Source of the DNA: Candidatus Levybacteria bacterium RIFCSPLOWO2_01_FULL_42_15
GTDB lineage: Bacteria; Patescibacteriota; Microgenomatia; Levybacterales; UBA12049
Direction: 5' to 3'
DNA length: 40,269 bases
Assembly (NCBI GenBank): GCA_001784055.1
Contig: MFOZ01000003.1
Span: forward strand, 1-40,269
The notes below the pieces were generated by a model. That model did no database searches, was not told where the DNA came from, and saw only the letters and a program-made list of their open reading frames with translations. The position numbers and the translations under genes are program-made. Below are positions 23,496-33,110 of the stretch, in pieces; positions within the stretch are counted from its first letter, which is position 1; every line of letters starts with the position of its first letter.

Positions 23496-23960
23496 ATGAA
23501 AAAGCAAACCAGTCTTAAAGTAAAACAGGAAGAAAAGAAACAGGAAGATGTGCGGTATGAAGTACTTGAACATCAACTTAAGAGAGCGCTTGCGGATTAT
23601 CAAAACCTTGATAAGCGGTCAAAAGAAGAAAAGGGAGAATGGATCAGAAGCGCAAGCAAGGATCTCTTATTGAGACTTCTGCCCGTTTTAGATACACTTA
23701 TGATGGCGTCTCAGCATTCAGCAGATGAGAATCTAAAAGTGGCTCTTCTTCAATTTCAGGAAGTACTAGCGTTAGAAAGAGTAGTTCTTATTCAAACACG
23801 AGGAAAAGAATTTAATCCTGCTACAATGGAATGTATTGTAACGGAGGAAGGAGAAGAAGGAAAAGTAATTGGAGAACTGCGCCCGGGATATATGCTCTAT
23901 GAAAGCGTTTTGCGCCCCGCCCAAGTAAAGGTGGGAAAAAAGATAGCGACTAATTACTAA
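23496..23960 (+). CDS. grpE: Nucleotide exchange factor GrpE
   Basis: [15 protein letters not shown]...LLPVLDTL... and a C-terminal beta-domain ([16 protein letters not shown]). The ATG at 23496 is preceded by GGAGAAGG. An alternative ATG at 23481 overlaps the hrcA stop. Confidence 0.9.
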   Translation: MKKQTSLKVKQEEKKQEDVRYEVLEHQLKRALADYQNLDKRSKEEKGEWIRSASKDLLLRLLPVLDTLMMASQHSADENLKVALLQFQEVLALERVVLIQTRGKEFNPATMECIVTEEGEEGKVIGELRPGYMLYESVLRPAQVKVGKKIATNY

Positions 23961-23967
23961 AACAACT

Positions 23968-25860
23968 ATGGCAAAAATTATTGGAATTGATTTAGGGACA
24001 ACAAACTCATGCGTTGCGGTAATGGAGGGTGGATCTCCAAAAGTTATCCATTCAGCCGAAGGTCGCAATGTAATTCCATCGGTAGTAGATCCGATCTCTC
24101 ATGTGGTGGGCGATGTGGCAAAACGCCAGCTTGTCCTTAAACCCAAACGCACGATCTATTCTATTAAGAGGCTCATGGGGAAAAAGTTTTCTGATGCATC
24201 GGTACAAAAAGATGCAAAGCTTCTTCCGTATACCGTTAAATCGGCAAGAGATAATATGGTAATTGTGGAGGTTGAGGGGAGAACATTCACTCCGCAAGAA
24301 ATCTCCGCAATGATTCTTCAGAAAGCAAAGGCAGATGCAGAAAGCTACCTGGGAGAGAAAATAACCCAGGCGGTAGTTACCGTTCCTGCGTATTTTGATG
24401 ATTCGCAAAGACAGGCGACAAAACAAGCGGGGGAGATTGCCGGACTTGAAGTGTTACGAATCATCAACGAGCCAACCGCGGCAGCACTTGCGTATGGACT
24501 TGACAAGAAAAACACCCACACGATTGCCGTATATGATTTAGGAGGGGGAACGTTTGACATCTCTATTCTTGAGTTGGGAGAAGGAGTATATGAGGTAAAA
24601 TCAACAAATGGGGATACGCATTTGGGTGGAGACGATTTCGACCAGCGCATTATTAATTACCTTGCGGATGAGTTTAAAAAGGAGCATGGGATAGATCTTC
24701 GCCGCGATCCTCAAGCCCTTCAGCGGCTTAAAGAATCCGCAGAAAAAGCAAAGATAGAGCTTTCCTCATCTTCCGAGGCTCAAATAAATCAGCCTTTTAT
24801 TACCCAGGGTAAAGAGGGTCCTCTTCACTTAACCATGAGTTTAAGCCGCGCCAAGCTGGAACAGCTGGTTGATGATCTTGTGCAGGGAACCATAAAGCCG
24901 GTTGAATTGGCTTTGAAAGACGCCAAAATGAAGGCCTCAGACGTGGATGAGGTGGTTTTGGTTGGTGGAATGACAAGAATGCCAAAGATTGTGGAGACGG
25001 TTACCAAATTCTTTGGAAAAGAGGCAAATAAATCCGTAAATCCGGATGAGGTAGTTGCTGTAGGAGCAGCAATTCAAGCAGGTGTTCTGGGCGGAGAGGT
25101 CAAAGACGTTCTTCTTCTGGACGTAACTCCGCTCACTCTTGGCATTGAAACGTTAGGAAGCGTTGCTACTCCTCTTATTCCTCGCAACACAACGATTCCC
25201 AGTTCCCGTTCTCAAGTATTCTCAACGGCGGCGGATAATCAAACGCAGGTTGAGATTAACGTGCTCCAAGGAGAACGGGCTATGGCGACAGACAATAAAT
25301 CACTGGGGAGATTTGTTTTGGACGGCATTCCTCCTGCTCCCCGTGGAGTCCCGCAAGTTGAGGTGACGTTTGACATAGACGCAAACGGGATCTTGAATGT
25401 AAAAGCACAAGATAAAGCAACCGGAAAAGAGCAAAGTATTCACATAACCGGTTCAACCGGTCTTACCAAAGAAGAAGTTGACCGCATGACAAAAGAGGCG
25501 GAAGCTCATGCAAAAGATGACGAAGAGAAAAAGGGAAAGGTAGAGGCTCGAAATAGCGCGGATTCTCTTATCTTTACCGCGGAAAAATCCCTTAAAGATG
25601 CGGGTGATAAAGTTGATCAGGCTCTGGTAAAAGAAGTAGAAGAGAAAACAACATCTCTTAAAGCAGTACTTGATACGGGAACAAAAGAGGACTTGGAAGC
25701 AAAAACAAAAGATCTTTCGGATAGTCTTCAGAAGATTGGTCAAGTAATGGCACAAAATCAACCTCAAGAAGGTCAAAAGACAGAGGAGCAAAAAAAACCA
25801 AATGGCGCAAAAAAGAATACGTCAAAAGAGGAACCAATAGAAGGAGAAGTAGTAAACTAA
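23968..25860 (+). CDS. dnaK: Molecular chaperone DnaK (Hsp70)
   Basis: [22 protein letters not shown] and [10 protein letters not shown], plus the EEVD-less acidic/Lys-rich tail. 630 aa. Confidence 0.98.
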   Translation: MAKIIGIDLGTTNSCVAVMEGGSPKVIHSAEGRNVIPSVVDPISHVVGDVAKRQLVLKPKRTIYSIKRLMGKKFSDASVQKDAKLLPYTVKSARDNMVIVEVEGRTFTPQEISAMILQKAKADAESYLGEKITQAVVTVPAYFDDSQRQATKQAGEIAGLEVLRIINEPTAAALAYGLDKKNTHTIAVYDLGGGTFDISILELGEGVYEVKSTNGDTHLGGDDFDQRIINYLADEFKKEHGIDLRRDPQALQRLKESAEKAKIELSSSSEAQINQPFITQGKEGPLHLTMSLSRAKLEQLVDDLVQGTIKPVELALKDAKMKASDVDEVVLVGGMTRMPKIVETVTKFFGKEANKSVNPDEVVAVGAAIQAGVLGGEVKDVLLLDVTPLTLGIETLGSVATPLIPRNTTIPSSRSQVFSTAADNQTQVEINVLQGERAMATDNKSLGRFVLDGIPPAPRGVPQVEVTFDIDANGILNVKAQDKATGKEQSIHITGSTGLTKEEVDRMTKEAEAHAKDDEEKKGKVEARNSADSLIFTAEKSLKDAGDKVDQALVKEVEEKTTSLKAVLDTGTKEDLEAKTKDLSDSLQKIGQVMAQNQPQEGQKTEEQKKPNGAKKNTSKEEPIEGEVVN

Positions 25861-25891
25861 AGATGTATCATGTCGGGATGAGCCATGGGTA

Positions 25892-25912
25892 CCGCGTCAA
25901 ACGCGGCTTTTT
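25892..25912 (+). terminator. Weak intrinsic terminator/attenuator between dnaK and dnaJ
   Basis: CCGCG-tcaaa-CGCGG stem-loop followed by CTTTTT. A TATAAT hexamer follows at 25915..25920, and GGAGA lies before the dnaJ ATG. Confidence 0.45.
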
Positions 25913-25931
25913 AGTATAATGGAGATGTTTT

Positions 25932-26819
25932 ATGGCACAGGAAAAAGATTATTATGAAACCTTAGAAGTCACAAAAGCAGCATCGCTTGATGAGGTTAAA
26001 AAAGCGTATAGAAAACTTGCGCTACAGTATCATCCTGACAGAAATAAAACAAAAGAGGCAGACATAAAGTTTAAGGAAATAAACAAAGCCTATGAGGTGT
26101 TGTCGGATTCTCAAAAGCGGCAAGCATACGATCAATTTGGGCATACGGCTTTTGAACAAGGGGCTTCCGGCAGCGGACCATTTGGAGGATTTGATTCATC
26201 TCAAAGCGGTCGTTATGGCCCTTTTAGCTACACGTATACCACGGGAGATACACAAGGATCTGACTTTGGTGGATTTTCTGACCCTTTTGAAATCTTTGAG
26301 CAGTTCTTTGGAGGCGCGTCTCCTTTTGGTTCTGCGAGACGTCGGCCTGTTTATTCGATACGAATTGCTTTTACAGAGGCAGTACAAGGTGTTCAGAAGC
26401 GAGTGGAAATAGATGGCAAGATACAAACCATCAAAATTCCACCGGGAGTTGATAATGGTTCGCGTATCAGGTTTGGAGAGTACGACGTGGTGGTAGAAGT
26501 TGAGTCCCATCCTCATTTTCAGCGTGAAGGGTATGATGTAGTAAGTGAGACAAAAATCTCCTTTTTTGAGGCTATCTTGGGAACAGAAGCGATGATTGAG
26601 GCAGTGCAAGGAGAAATTGCGATTCGTATTCCTGCGGGAACCCAGCCCAACGCGGTTATTCGGCTAAGAGGAAAAGGGATACCGCATCTGAGAGGTGGAG
26701 GATATGGAGACCATTATATCCGCATCAAAGTCATCATTCCCAAACACCTCACCGGAAAACAAAAGCAGCTTCTTGAGGAGTTTAAGAATGAAAAAAGCCG
26801 CAAAAACGGCTGGTTCTAA
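25932..26819 (+). CDS. dnaJ: J-domain co-chaperone (DnaJ/CbpA-like, class II, no zinc-finger domain)
   Basis: YYETLEV...[14 protein letters not shown] (HPD motif), a G/F-rich region and C-terminal substrate-binding domains. The 295-aa translation contains no cysteine at all. Confidence 0.9.
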   Translation: MAQEKDYYETLEVTKAASLDEVKKAYRKLALQYHPDRNKTKEADIKFKEINKAYEVLSDSQKRQAYDQFGHTAFEQGASGSGPFGGFDSSQSGRYGPFSYTYTTGDTQGSDFGGFSDPFEIFEQFFGGASPFGSARRRPVYSIRIAFTEAVQGVQKRVEIDGKIQTIKIPPGVDNGSRIRFGEYDVVVEVESHPHFQREGYDVVSETKISFFEAILGTEAMIEAVQGEIAIRIPAGTQPNAVIRLRGKGIPHLRGGGYGDHYIRIKVIIPKHLTGKQKQLLEEFKNEKSRKNGWF

Positions 26820-26861
26820 TTCTCCTTTGCAATTCTCCCACAGAATTCCTACACTAAGAGT

Positions 26862-27194
26862 ATGCCTGCCTTTGCGGTATGGATTCCCATCCAATTTTTT
26901 CTCTTTTGGTTCATAGAGGCTCCCAAAGGATTAATTCTCTATTTTGTATCGCTGAATAAGGCGGTTAGCAAGCTTCTTTCTCTTGGGTTATTCCTAGGGA
27001 CTTTCTTTAAACCATTAAAGAATGAATACCGATCAGGTCTTGTTGGATTTTCAATCCTCATGGGGGTAGTGGTTAAATCTATTCTGATTACTGCTGATCT
27101 TTTAATTCTTCTATCTTTTGTTGCGATTGAGGCTGTCTTTGTGATCTTGTTTATTGGTTTTCCTATTGTTCTTATTCGCATGCTGTTTCCTTGA
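26862..27194 (+). CDS. Small polytopic membrane protein (hypothetical)
   Basis: 110 aa, about 3 hydrophobic helices, ATG start. It ends 3 nt before the Clp-like gene. Confidence 0.5.
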   Translation: MPAFAVWIPIQFFLFWFIEAPKGLILYFVSLNKAVSKLLSLGLFLGTFFKPLKNEYRSGLVGFSILMGVVVKSILITADLLILLSFVAIEAVFVILFIGFPIVLIRMLFP

Positions 27195-27197
27195 ATC

Positions 27198-29570
27198 ATG
27201 GAATCCTACGTACGTTTTTATTTGTGGTATACGTCTTTTTCTTGCAGGCTTGTTCGGCTTGGAATCTTATTTGTCCTCTTTGTGCTATCGCTGATTGGAG
27301 GATTACTATCTTCCTTCTTTCTGTTTCTTTTGGGAATCCTTGCTATGTTTGAAGTATTTTTTAAGTTTCACATCGCATCCATTCACCCCAGAATCCCCGT
27401 TTCCTCCAAAGGAGTAGACCCTTTTGAGTCTTTTACAAAAGAGGCTTTGCTTGGGGTTCTTGAGATTTCCTCTCAAAAAAATTTTATTGCTCGGATTTTT
27501 GAGGTAGAGGCAGTAAAACAATTTGCGCGCATGATTGGAATTACACAAAAAGAGTGTATTGGAATGGTAGAAAAAGATGATTTAGTTGCCAAGAGCATAG
27601 AACTAGTGAGTTTTCGTAACGGACTGTTTGTAACCTCTCTTGATGTGTTTGCCGCATACCTTCTCTTAACGGAGGATTCTACAAAACTTCTTGCCCATAA
27701 AGAACTATCTCCCAATGACTGTCTCAATCTTCTTCGTCTTATCGCATCCATACCTTCTTTTGAAGAGAAGCCTACGAAGAAACGGGTGGCGTTCAAGGGT
27801 GAAGGAATCGGAGAGGAATTGGTAAATGGTTGGACGCTCTATACAAAACAATACACAAAGGATACAACCGCGCTTGCAATGAGGAAATTTCCTCTTCTTG
27901 TGGGAAGGGAGGAAGAATTTAGAGTAATGTGTGAGATTCTTTCAAAAAAAGAGAATAACAATGTGCTCCTTGTAGGAGATGCGGGAGTTGGTAAAGATGC
28001 GCTGGTTGAAGCGCTTGCATACAAAAGTCACTTAGGAGTACTTTCTAAAGGGTTGAACCACAAACGGATACGAGAATTATTGGTAGGAACTCTTATTGCG
28101 GGAGCCTTACCAAAAGACGTGGAAGAGCGACTTGACAACATTATCCAAGAGGTTTCTCATGCGGGAAATATCATTGTGTATATTCCCGAGTTTCAAAACG
28201 TAATAGGGCCATCTCATATCGACGTTTCCTCAACCTTTCTCCCTTACTTAAAAGACGGAAAACTTCCTATGATCGCAAGTATGACTCCTGTTCTTTATAA
28301 ACAGTACAAAGAGCGTTTTTCCTCTTTGATGGATGCGTTTGGAACCGTAATTCTTGAAGAGCCAGATGAAGAGAAGGCGCTATTCATGCTATTTCATAAC
28401 GCACAATTTCTTAATGAATCCTATCACTTAAGCACGTCCTATAATGCCCTTAAGGTATCCATTGAATATGGCAGAAAATATGCGTTAGAAACAAAGCTTC
28501 CGGGCGCTTCGGTATATTTACTAGAAGATACCATGCAGATGGTATCAATGGCTTCAAAACAAAAAGACAGTATTTTGGTTCAAAAAGAAGACGTGATAAA
28601 AAAAGTAGAGGAGCGTATCCACGTGCCGATTGACAAACCGCTCCCGCAGGAAAAAGAACTCCTCCTGCATTTAGAAGATAAGCTGCATGAGAGAATTATT
28701 AATCAAAATCACGCGATTGCAACAATCGCCCAAGGACTAAGGAGGATTCGAGCTGGACTAAATCCTTCTTACAAACCCGTTTCTTTTTTATTTTTAGGGC
28801 CAACGGGTGTTGGTAAAACCGAGACCGCAAAGGCTCTTGCCGACCTGTATTTTAAGGGAGAAAGGTTTCTCCTCCGTTTGGATATGAGCGAGTATCAAGA
28901 AACAGATGCGCTGGGACGGCTTCTTGGATCTTCTTCTAGCGAGGGGGATAATCGCGGAGAGTTAACCGAGCATATTCGGGATCATCCTTTTTCTCTTATC
29001 CTGTTGGATGAATTTGAAAAAGCAGACTCTCATGTCCTTGATGTGTTCTTGCAGGTCCTAGACGATGGCCGTCTTACCGATGCATCTGGGCGAACTGCAT
29101 CGTTTGGGAACTCAATCATTATTGCAACGTCCAATGCGGGATCCGAATTTATTCGAGAAGAATTGGAAGCAAACCAGAAAATCGATGATGTGTTTAAGAA
29201 AAAACTCCTTGATTATTTGCAAAGAAAAGGGATTTTTAAGCCGGAACTTCTCAATCGATTTGACGATATCGTGATCTTTGAATCACTGGGGAGTAAAGAA
29301 GTTAAAGAAGTAGTAAAGCTGTTGGTTAAGAAAGTAGAAAAAGTTCTTGAGAAGCATCAACTATCGCTTGTCATAGGAGATGGGGTGTTTGAAAAAGTTG
29401 CACAAGAAGGATATGATCCTCAGCTTGGCGCGCGGCCTCTTATGCGCTATATCCAAAATACGATTGAGGAGCCGATTGCTCAAAAAATCCTTCTTGGAGA
29501 TATAAAAAATGGACAGCGGATCTTGGTAACGCTTACCCCTTCCGGCTCTTTTACCCTCCATCCCCAATAG
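27198..29570 (+). CDS. Membrane-anchored Clp/Hsp100-family double-AAA+ protein with a degenerate first module
   Basis: N-terminal TM hairpin (LVRLGILFVLFVLSLIGGLLSSFFLFLLGILAMF), then Clp-N-like repeats. In D1, Walker A reads GDAGVGKD and Walker B reads IVYIPEF. D2 is canonical: GPTGVGKT, LILLDEFEKA, VLDDGRLTD. Confidence 0.9.
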   Translation: MESYVRFYLWYTSFSCRLVRLGILFVLFVLSLIGGLLSSFFLFLLGILAMFEVFFKFHIASIHPRIPVSSKGVDPFESFTKEALLGVLEISSQKNFIARIFEVEAVKQFARMIGITQKECIGMVEKDDLVAKSIELVSFRNGLFVTSLDVFAAYLLLTEDSTKLLAHKELSPNDCLNLLRLIASIPSFEEKPTKKRVAFKGEGIGEELVNGWTLYTKQYTKDTTALAMRKFPLLVGREEEFRVMCEILSKKENNNVLLVGDAGVGKDALVEALAYKSHLGVLSKGLNHKRIRELLVGTLIAGALPKDVEERLDNIIQEVSHAGNIIVYIPEFQNVIGPSHIDVSSTFLPYLKDGKLPMIASMTPVLYKQYKERFSSLMDAFGTVILEEPDEEKALFMLFHNAQFLNESYHLSTSYNALKVSIEYGRKYALETKLPGASVYLLEDTMQMVSMASKQKDSILVQKEDVIKKVEERIHVPIDKPLPQEKELLLHLEDKLHERIINQNHAIATIAQGLRRIRAGLNPSYKPVSFLFLGPTGVGKTETAKALADLYFKGERFLLRLDMSEYQETDALGRLLGSSSSEGDNRGELTEHIRDHPFSLILLDEFEKADSHVLDVFLQVLDDGRLTDASGRTASFGNSIIIATSNAGSEFIREELEANQKIDDVFKKKLLDYLQRKGIFKPELLNRFDDIVIFESLGSKEVKEVVKLLVKKVEKVLEKHQLSLVIGDGVFEKVAQEGYDPQLGARPLMRYIQNTIEEPIAQKILLGDIKNGQRILVTLTPSGSFTLHPQ

Positions 29571-29579
29571 TCTTTTCTC

Positions 29580-29608
29580 TTGAAGCGAGAATGGTAATTT
29601 GATATACT
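29580..29608 (+). promoter_or_regulatory. nusA operon promoter TTGAAG-N17-TATACT (with TGA extended -10)
   Basis: TTGAAG at 29580..29585, an exact 17-nt spacer ending in TGA, TATACT at 29603..29608. It lies 10 nt before the ATG at 29619. Confidence 0.65.
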
Positions 29609-29618
29609 GTGGGATACT

Positions 29619-30605
29619 ATGCCGGCTATTCAAAGAAGTGAATTTGCCCTTGCGCTCAATCAGGTTGCGACCGAGAGGGGGGTTGACGTATCTGTTGTGC
29701 TTGAGACGGTAAAAAATGCGATTCTTGCGGCGTATCGCAAAGACCATCCGGGAGTTGAGGTTGAGGAATATAGAGCTTCTCTTAATGAAAACACAGGAGA
29801 GACGCGTATCTTTCATAAAGATACCGATGTAACGCCCCCCGGTTTTGGTCGCATTGCCGCACAGACCGCTAAGCAGGTAATTCTTCAAAAAATTAGGGAA
29901 AAAGAAAAAGAAGCGATCCTCACCGACTATTCAACTCGTATGGGAACCATTATTAATGGCATGGTTCTGCGTTTTAGCGGTCCTAATGTCATTGTGGATA
30001 TTGGTAAGGCAGAAGGTATTATGTCTCCTGCCGAACAGCTTCCTAATGAAAAGTATCGGCTTAACCAAAGGATCGCAGTGCATCTTCTGGAGATTAAAGA
30101 GGGAGCACGGGGTGGGGAAATTATGGTATCACGCGGAAGCAATGGCATTATGGAGGGACTTTTCAAAAGAGAGATTCCAGAGGTTGCCCAAGGAAGTGTT
30201 GTTATTAGGGCAATTGCCAGAGATCCGGGAAACAGATGTAAGGTTGCCGTATACACAGATCAATACGGAATCGATCCGGTAGGAAGCTGTGTTGGACAAA
30301 GAGGAGTGAGGGTTCAGGCGATCATTCAAGAATTTGGCGGAATTGAAAAGATAGATATCGTTCAATGGCAAGAAGATCCAAGAGCATATATCGCGGCGGC
30401 GCTTTCTCCGGCAAAGGATTTACGCGTTGAGATAGACGAAAAAGAGAAAACAGCCTGCGTATATGTTGAGGAAGATAAGCTTTCAATGGCAATCGGCAAA
30501 AACGGTGAAAACGCGCGTCTCGCATCAAAGCTTACCGGATACAGAATTGAGATAGAGCCTCAAAAGGCGCAAGAAGCAGAGTCCGCCAAGGCCGCAGACG
30601 CATAA
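29619..30605 (+). CDS. nusA: Transcription termination/antitermination factor NusA (no C-terminal AR repeats)
   Basis: N-terminal domain, S1 domain (GTIINGMVLRFSGPNVIVDIGKAEG) and two KH domains (DPVGSCVGQRGVRVQAI; LSMAIGKNGENARLASKLTG). 328 aa. Confidence 0.93.
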   Translation: MPAIQRSEFALALNQVATERGVDVSVVLETVKNAILAAYRKDHPGVEVEEYRASLNENTGETRIFHKDTDVTPPGFGRIAAQTAKQVILQKIREKEKEAILTDYSTRMGTIINGMVLRFSGPNVIVDIGKAEGIMSPAEQLPNEKYRLNQRIAVHLLEIKEGARGGEIMVSRGSNGIMEGLFKREIPEVAQGSVVIRAIARDPGNRCKVAVYTDQYGIDPVGSCVGQRGVRVQAIIQEFGGIEKIDIVQWQEDPRAYIAAALSPAKDLRVEIDEKEKTACVYVEEDKLSMAIGKNGENARLASKLTGYRIEIEPQKAQEAESAKAADA

Positions 30606-30650
30606 GAAGAAAAGTAAAGAACCCGCAATGTTTTTTTAGGAAGGAAGCCT

Positions 30651-32138
30651 ATGGGTAACATTAAAAAACAACAAGAGATTCATACGAACCAAAACAAAGA
30701 GATACCGCCGGTCATTGCCGTTTTAGGACATGTTGACCATGGAAAAACGTCTCTTCTTGACGTAATTCGGAAAACCAACATTGCGCAGAAAGAACATGGC
30801 GGTATTACTCAAAAAATTGGCACCTCGGCAATTGAGGTCAAGAGTGAGGGAAAAAGACGCAAAATTACCTTTATTGATACGCCCGGACATGAAGCGTTTG
30901 CGCTTATGAGAAAAAGAGGCGTTGCTGCTTGCGATATTAGTCTTTTGATAGTGTCCGCAAATGATGGGGTGATGCCTCAAACTAAAGAAGCGATTGCCCA
31001 CATCCTTTCATCCAAGCTTCCCTTCATTGTGGTGATAACAAAATCTGATCTTCCTGAGTCCTCTCCCCAAAAAGTTATTCAACAGCTTGCAAAAGAGGGA
31101 GTGTTGGTAGACAGAAGCGGGGGCAACATTCCAGTTATTGAAGTATCAGCAAAAACAGGACATCACATAAAAGAACTTTTAGATCTTATTCTTTTGGTGT
31201 GGGACATGCATGAGAGAGAATCCTTGGGCGATAGTGGATTTAAAGGCATTATTATTGAATCCAGGAGAGATGCTGCGGTTGGTGCGGTTGCCAGTGTTAT
31301 TATAAAAAATGGAACGATTCGTCCAAGAGATACTATTTATTGGAAAGGCGGGAGTTGTCGTATAAGAGGACTTATTAATGATCAAGGAAAGCAAATAACA
31401 TCTGCACACATTGGCGAAGGGGTTGAGATATTAGGTTTTGAGACGTGCCCATCGGTAGGAGAAATCATTGGATTCAGCCCACCGCTTATAGAAAACGTAG
31501 TACAACAGAAAACATCCTCTGTTAGTGCAGAAGAGCATGCAAAAAAAAGTCTTTTTGGAAAAAAACAAGAAGAGCAACGTCTTGCGGTTATCCTGTGTGC
31601 GGATACAGAGGGGTCCCTTGAGGTAATCAAAGCATTGCTTCCTCCCGCTGTCTTTTTTGTCCTTGCGAAAACGGGAGAGATATCGAAAACGGATATCTTG
31701 CTTGCCAAATCATCTGCAGCAATTATCATAGGGTTTAATGCGGTTATACGAAATGACGCTTTGCATCTTGCTCGTATTGAAAAAGTGCTGGTAAAGAATT
31801 ATGCAATTATGCATGAGCTTATTAAAGAGATGCAAGAAGCGATTGAAGGAAAAGAGCTTGCTATGGAAGAGCAAATTCTTGGCGTGTCAGCTGTTCTTGC
31901 CCGCTTTCCTTTTGAAAAAACGTTTGTATTGGGACTTCGCGTTAATGAAGGGAGAGTTGCCAAGGGTGATAAGGTACGCCTTGTACGAGGAGATGAAACT
32001 GTTGGAGAAAGCGTTATTACATCAATTCGCCAAGGAAAGGATTCCACCTCAAAGATTGAAAAAGGAAAAGAGTGCGGTATTATTATCTCTCCTTTTCTTG
32101 ACTTTACTATAGGGGATATGTTATTATGCCATAATTGA
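30651..32138 (+). CDS. infB: Translation initiation factor IF-2, minimal form
   Basis: PPVIAVLGHVDHGKTSLLD begins about 18 residues from the N-terminus. DTPGHEAF and TKSD are also present. 495 aa. TGA stop. Confidence 0.93.
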   Translation: MGNIKKQQEIHTNQNKEIPPVIAVLGHVDHGKTSLLDVIRKTNIAQKEHGGITQKIGTSAIEVKSEGKRRKITFIDTPGHEAFALMRKRGVAACDISLLIVSANDGVMPQTKEAIAHILSSKLPFIVVITKSDLPESSPQKVIQQLAKEGVLVDRSGGNIPVIEVSAKTGHHIKELLDLILLVWDMHERESLGDSGFKGIIIESRRDAAVGAVASVIIKNGTIRPRDTIYWKGGSCRIRGLINDQGKQITSAHIGEGVEILGFETCPSVGEIIGFSPPLIENVVQQKTSSVSAEEHAKKSLFGKKQEEQRLAVILCADTEGSLEVIKALLPPAVFFVLAKTGEISKTDILLAKSSAAIIIGFNAVIRNDALHLARIEKVLVKNYAIMHELIKEMQEAIEGKELAMEEQILGVSAVLARFPFEKTFVLGLRVNEGRVAKGDKVRLVRGDETVGESVITSIRQGKDSTSKIEKGKECGIIISPFLDFTIGDMLLCHN

Positions 32139-32146
32139 AAAACGAT

Positions 32147-33064
32147 ATGGATAGTTTTACTTCACAACGAGTTCAGGAGCTTGTTTCAAAACACGAAGCA
32201 ATAGCAATTGCTACCGGCACAAACCCAAATCTTGATAGCATGGCAGCTACCCTTTCACTTTACCTTGGGTTGTCCAAAATGGGGAAAAAGGTGAGCGTTG
32301 CTTGTCCTACGGATCCGCTTGTTGAGGTTTCTTCCCTTGTTGGAATTAATAGAGTAAAAAAGCAATTAGCGGGTGGGGCGGCAGATCTTGCGGTATCGTT
32401 TCCTTATCAAGAAGGTTCTATTGAAAAAGTTTCCTACACGCTTGAAAATGGCCGTTTAAATATTATCGTAAAGGCAGGATCATCCGGACTATATTTTTCA
32501 GAAAAAGACGTAACCTACACGCAGGCGGATAGCGCTCCCAAGCTCTTGCTTATTGTGGGAACTCCCCGATTAAGTGACTTAGGTCCTTTGTTTAACGCAG
32601 ATACGCTTAAAGAAACCGTTATTGTTAATATCGACAATAAGAGCGAAAACCAGGGATTTGGAGAGGTTGTTTTAGTGTCCCCAGAATTTTCATCGGTGTC
32701 AGAACAGGTAGTTCGTCTTCTTCAATCGCTTGCAATAGATATTGACATAGACATGGCGCAAAATCTTTTGTCCGGCATTCATTTTGCAACAAGCAACTTT
32801 CAGCATCCCAAAACGAGCGCTTCCGCGTTTGAAATAGCAGGATTTCTGATGCGCAAAGGAGCAATTCGCAAAAAAGAAGAAAAAGCCGAAGGTCAAAAAG
32901 GATCCATAGACGCTCTCTTTACTCCTTCCCCCGCGCCCTCATTTTCTCAACCTTTCCGAGAGACTACTTCTTCTGTTGCACAAAAGCATGAAGCAGTAGA
33001 AGAAAAAGAAGCGCCTCCTGATTGGCTCACCCCTAAAATCTACAAAGGATCAACCATTGTATAA
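32147..33064 (+). CDS. DHH-family-like protein with the catalytic motifs replaced (putative pseudoenzyme)
   Basis: Collinear with NrnA/DHH motifs but substituted: AIAIATGTNPNLDSMAA (canonical HxxPDxDxxGS), VNIDNKSEN (DHH becomes DNK) and SGIHFATSNF (GDTG becomes FATS). The C-terminus is a low-complexity tail rather than DHHA1/GGGH. An alternative TTG start lies at 32135. Confidence 0.65.
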   Translation: MDSFTSQRVQELVSKHEAIAIATGTNPNLDSMAATLSLYLGLSKMGKKVSVACPTDPLVEVSSLVGINRVKKQLAGGAADLAVSFPYQEGSIEKVSYTLENGRLNIIVKAGSSGLYFSEKDVTYTQADSAPKLLLIVGTPRLSDLGPLFNADTLKETVIVNIDNKSENQGFGEVVLVSPEFSSVSEQVVRLLQSLAIDIDIDMAQNLLSGIHFATSNFQHPKTSASAFEIAGFLMRKGAIRKKEEKAEGQKGSIDALFTPSPAPSFSQPFRETTSSVAQKHEAVEEKEAPPDWLTPKIYKGSTIV

Positions 33065-33092
33065 AGGGTTCTTGTGGGGAAAGCCTTTTTCG

Positions 33093-33101
33093 TGATATAC
33101 T
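33093..33101 (+). promoter_or_regulatory. Extended -10 TGATATACT upstream of rpsO
   Basis: The same 9-mer as at nusA, 9 nt before the ATG at 33111. A weak -35, TTGTGG, lies at 33072..33077. Confidence 0.45.
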
Positions 33102-33110
33102 TATAAAATT

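Noticed and set aside
29361-29888. 175-aa minus-strand ORF spanning the clp-like/nusA junction, and the 34847..35395 ORF inside pnp
   Set aside because: Both are antisense to strongly supported genes, and the first also lies across a promoter. Neither has supporting features.
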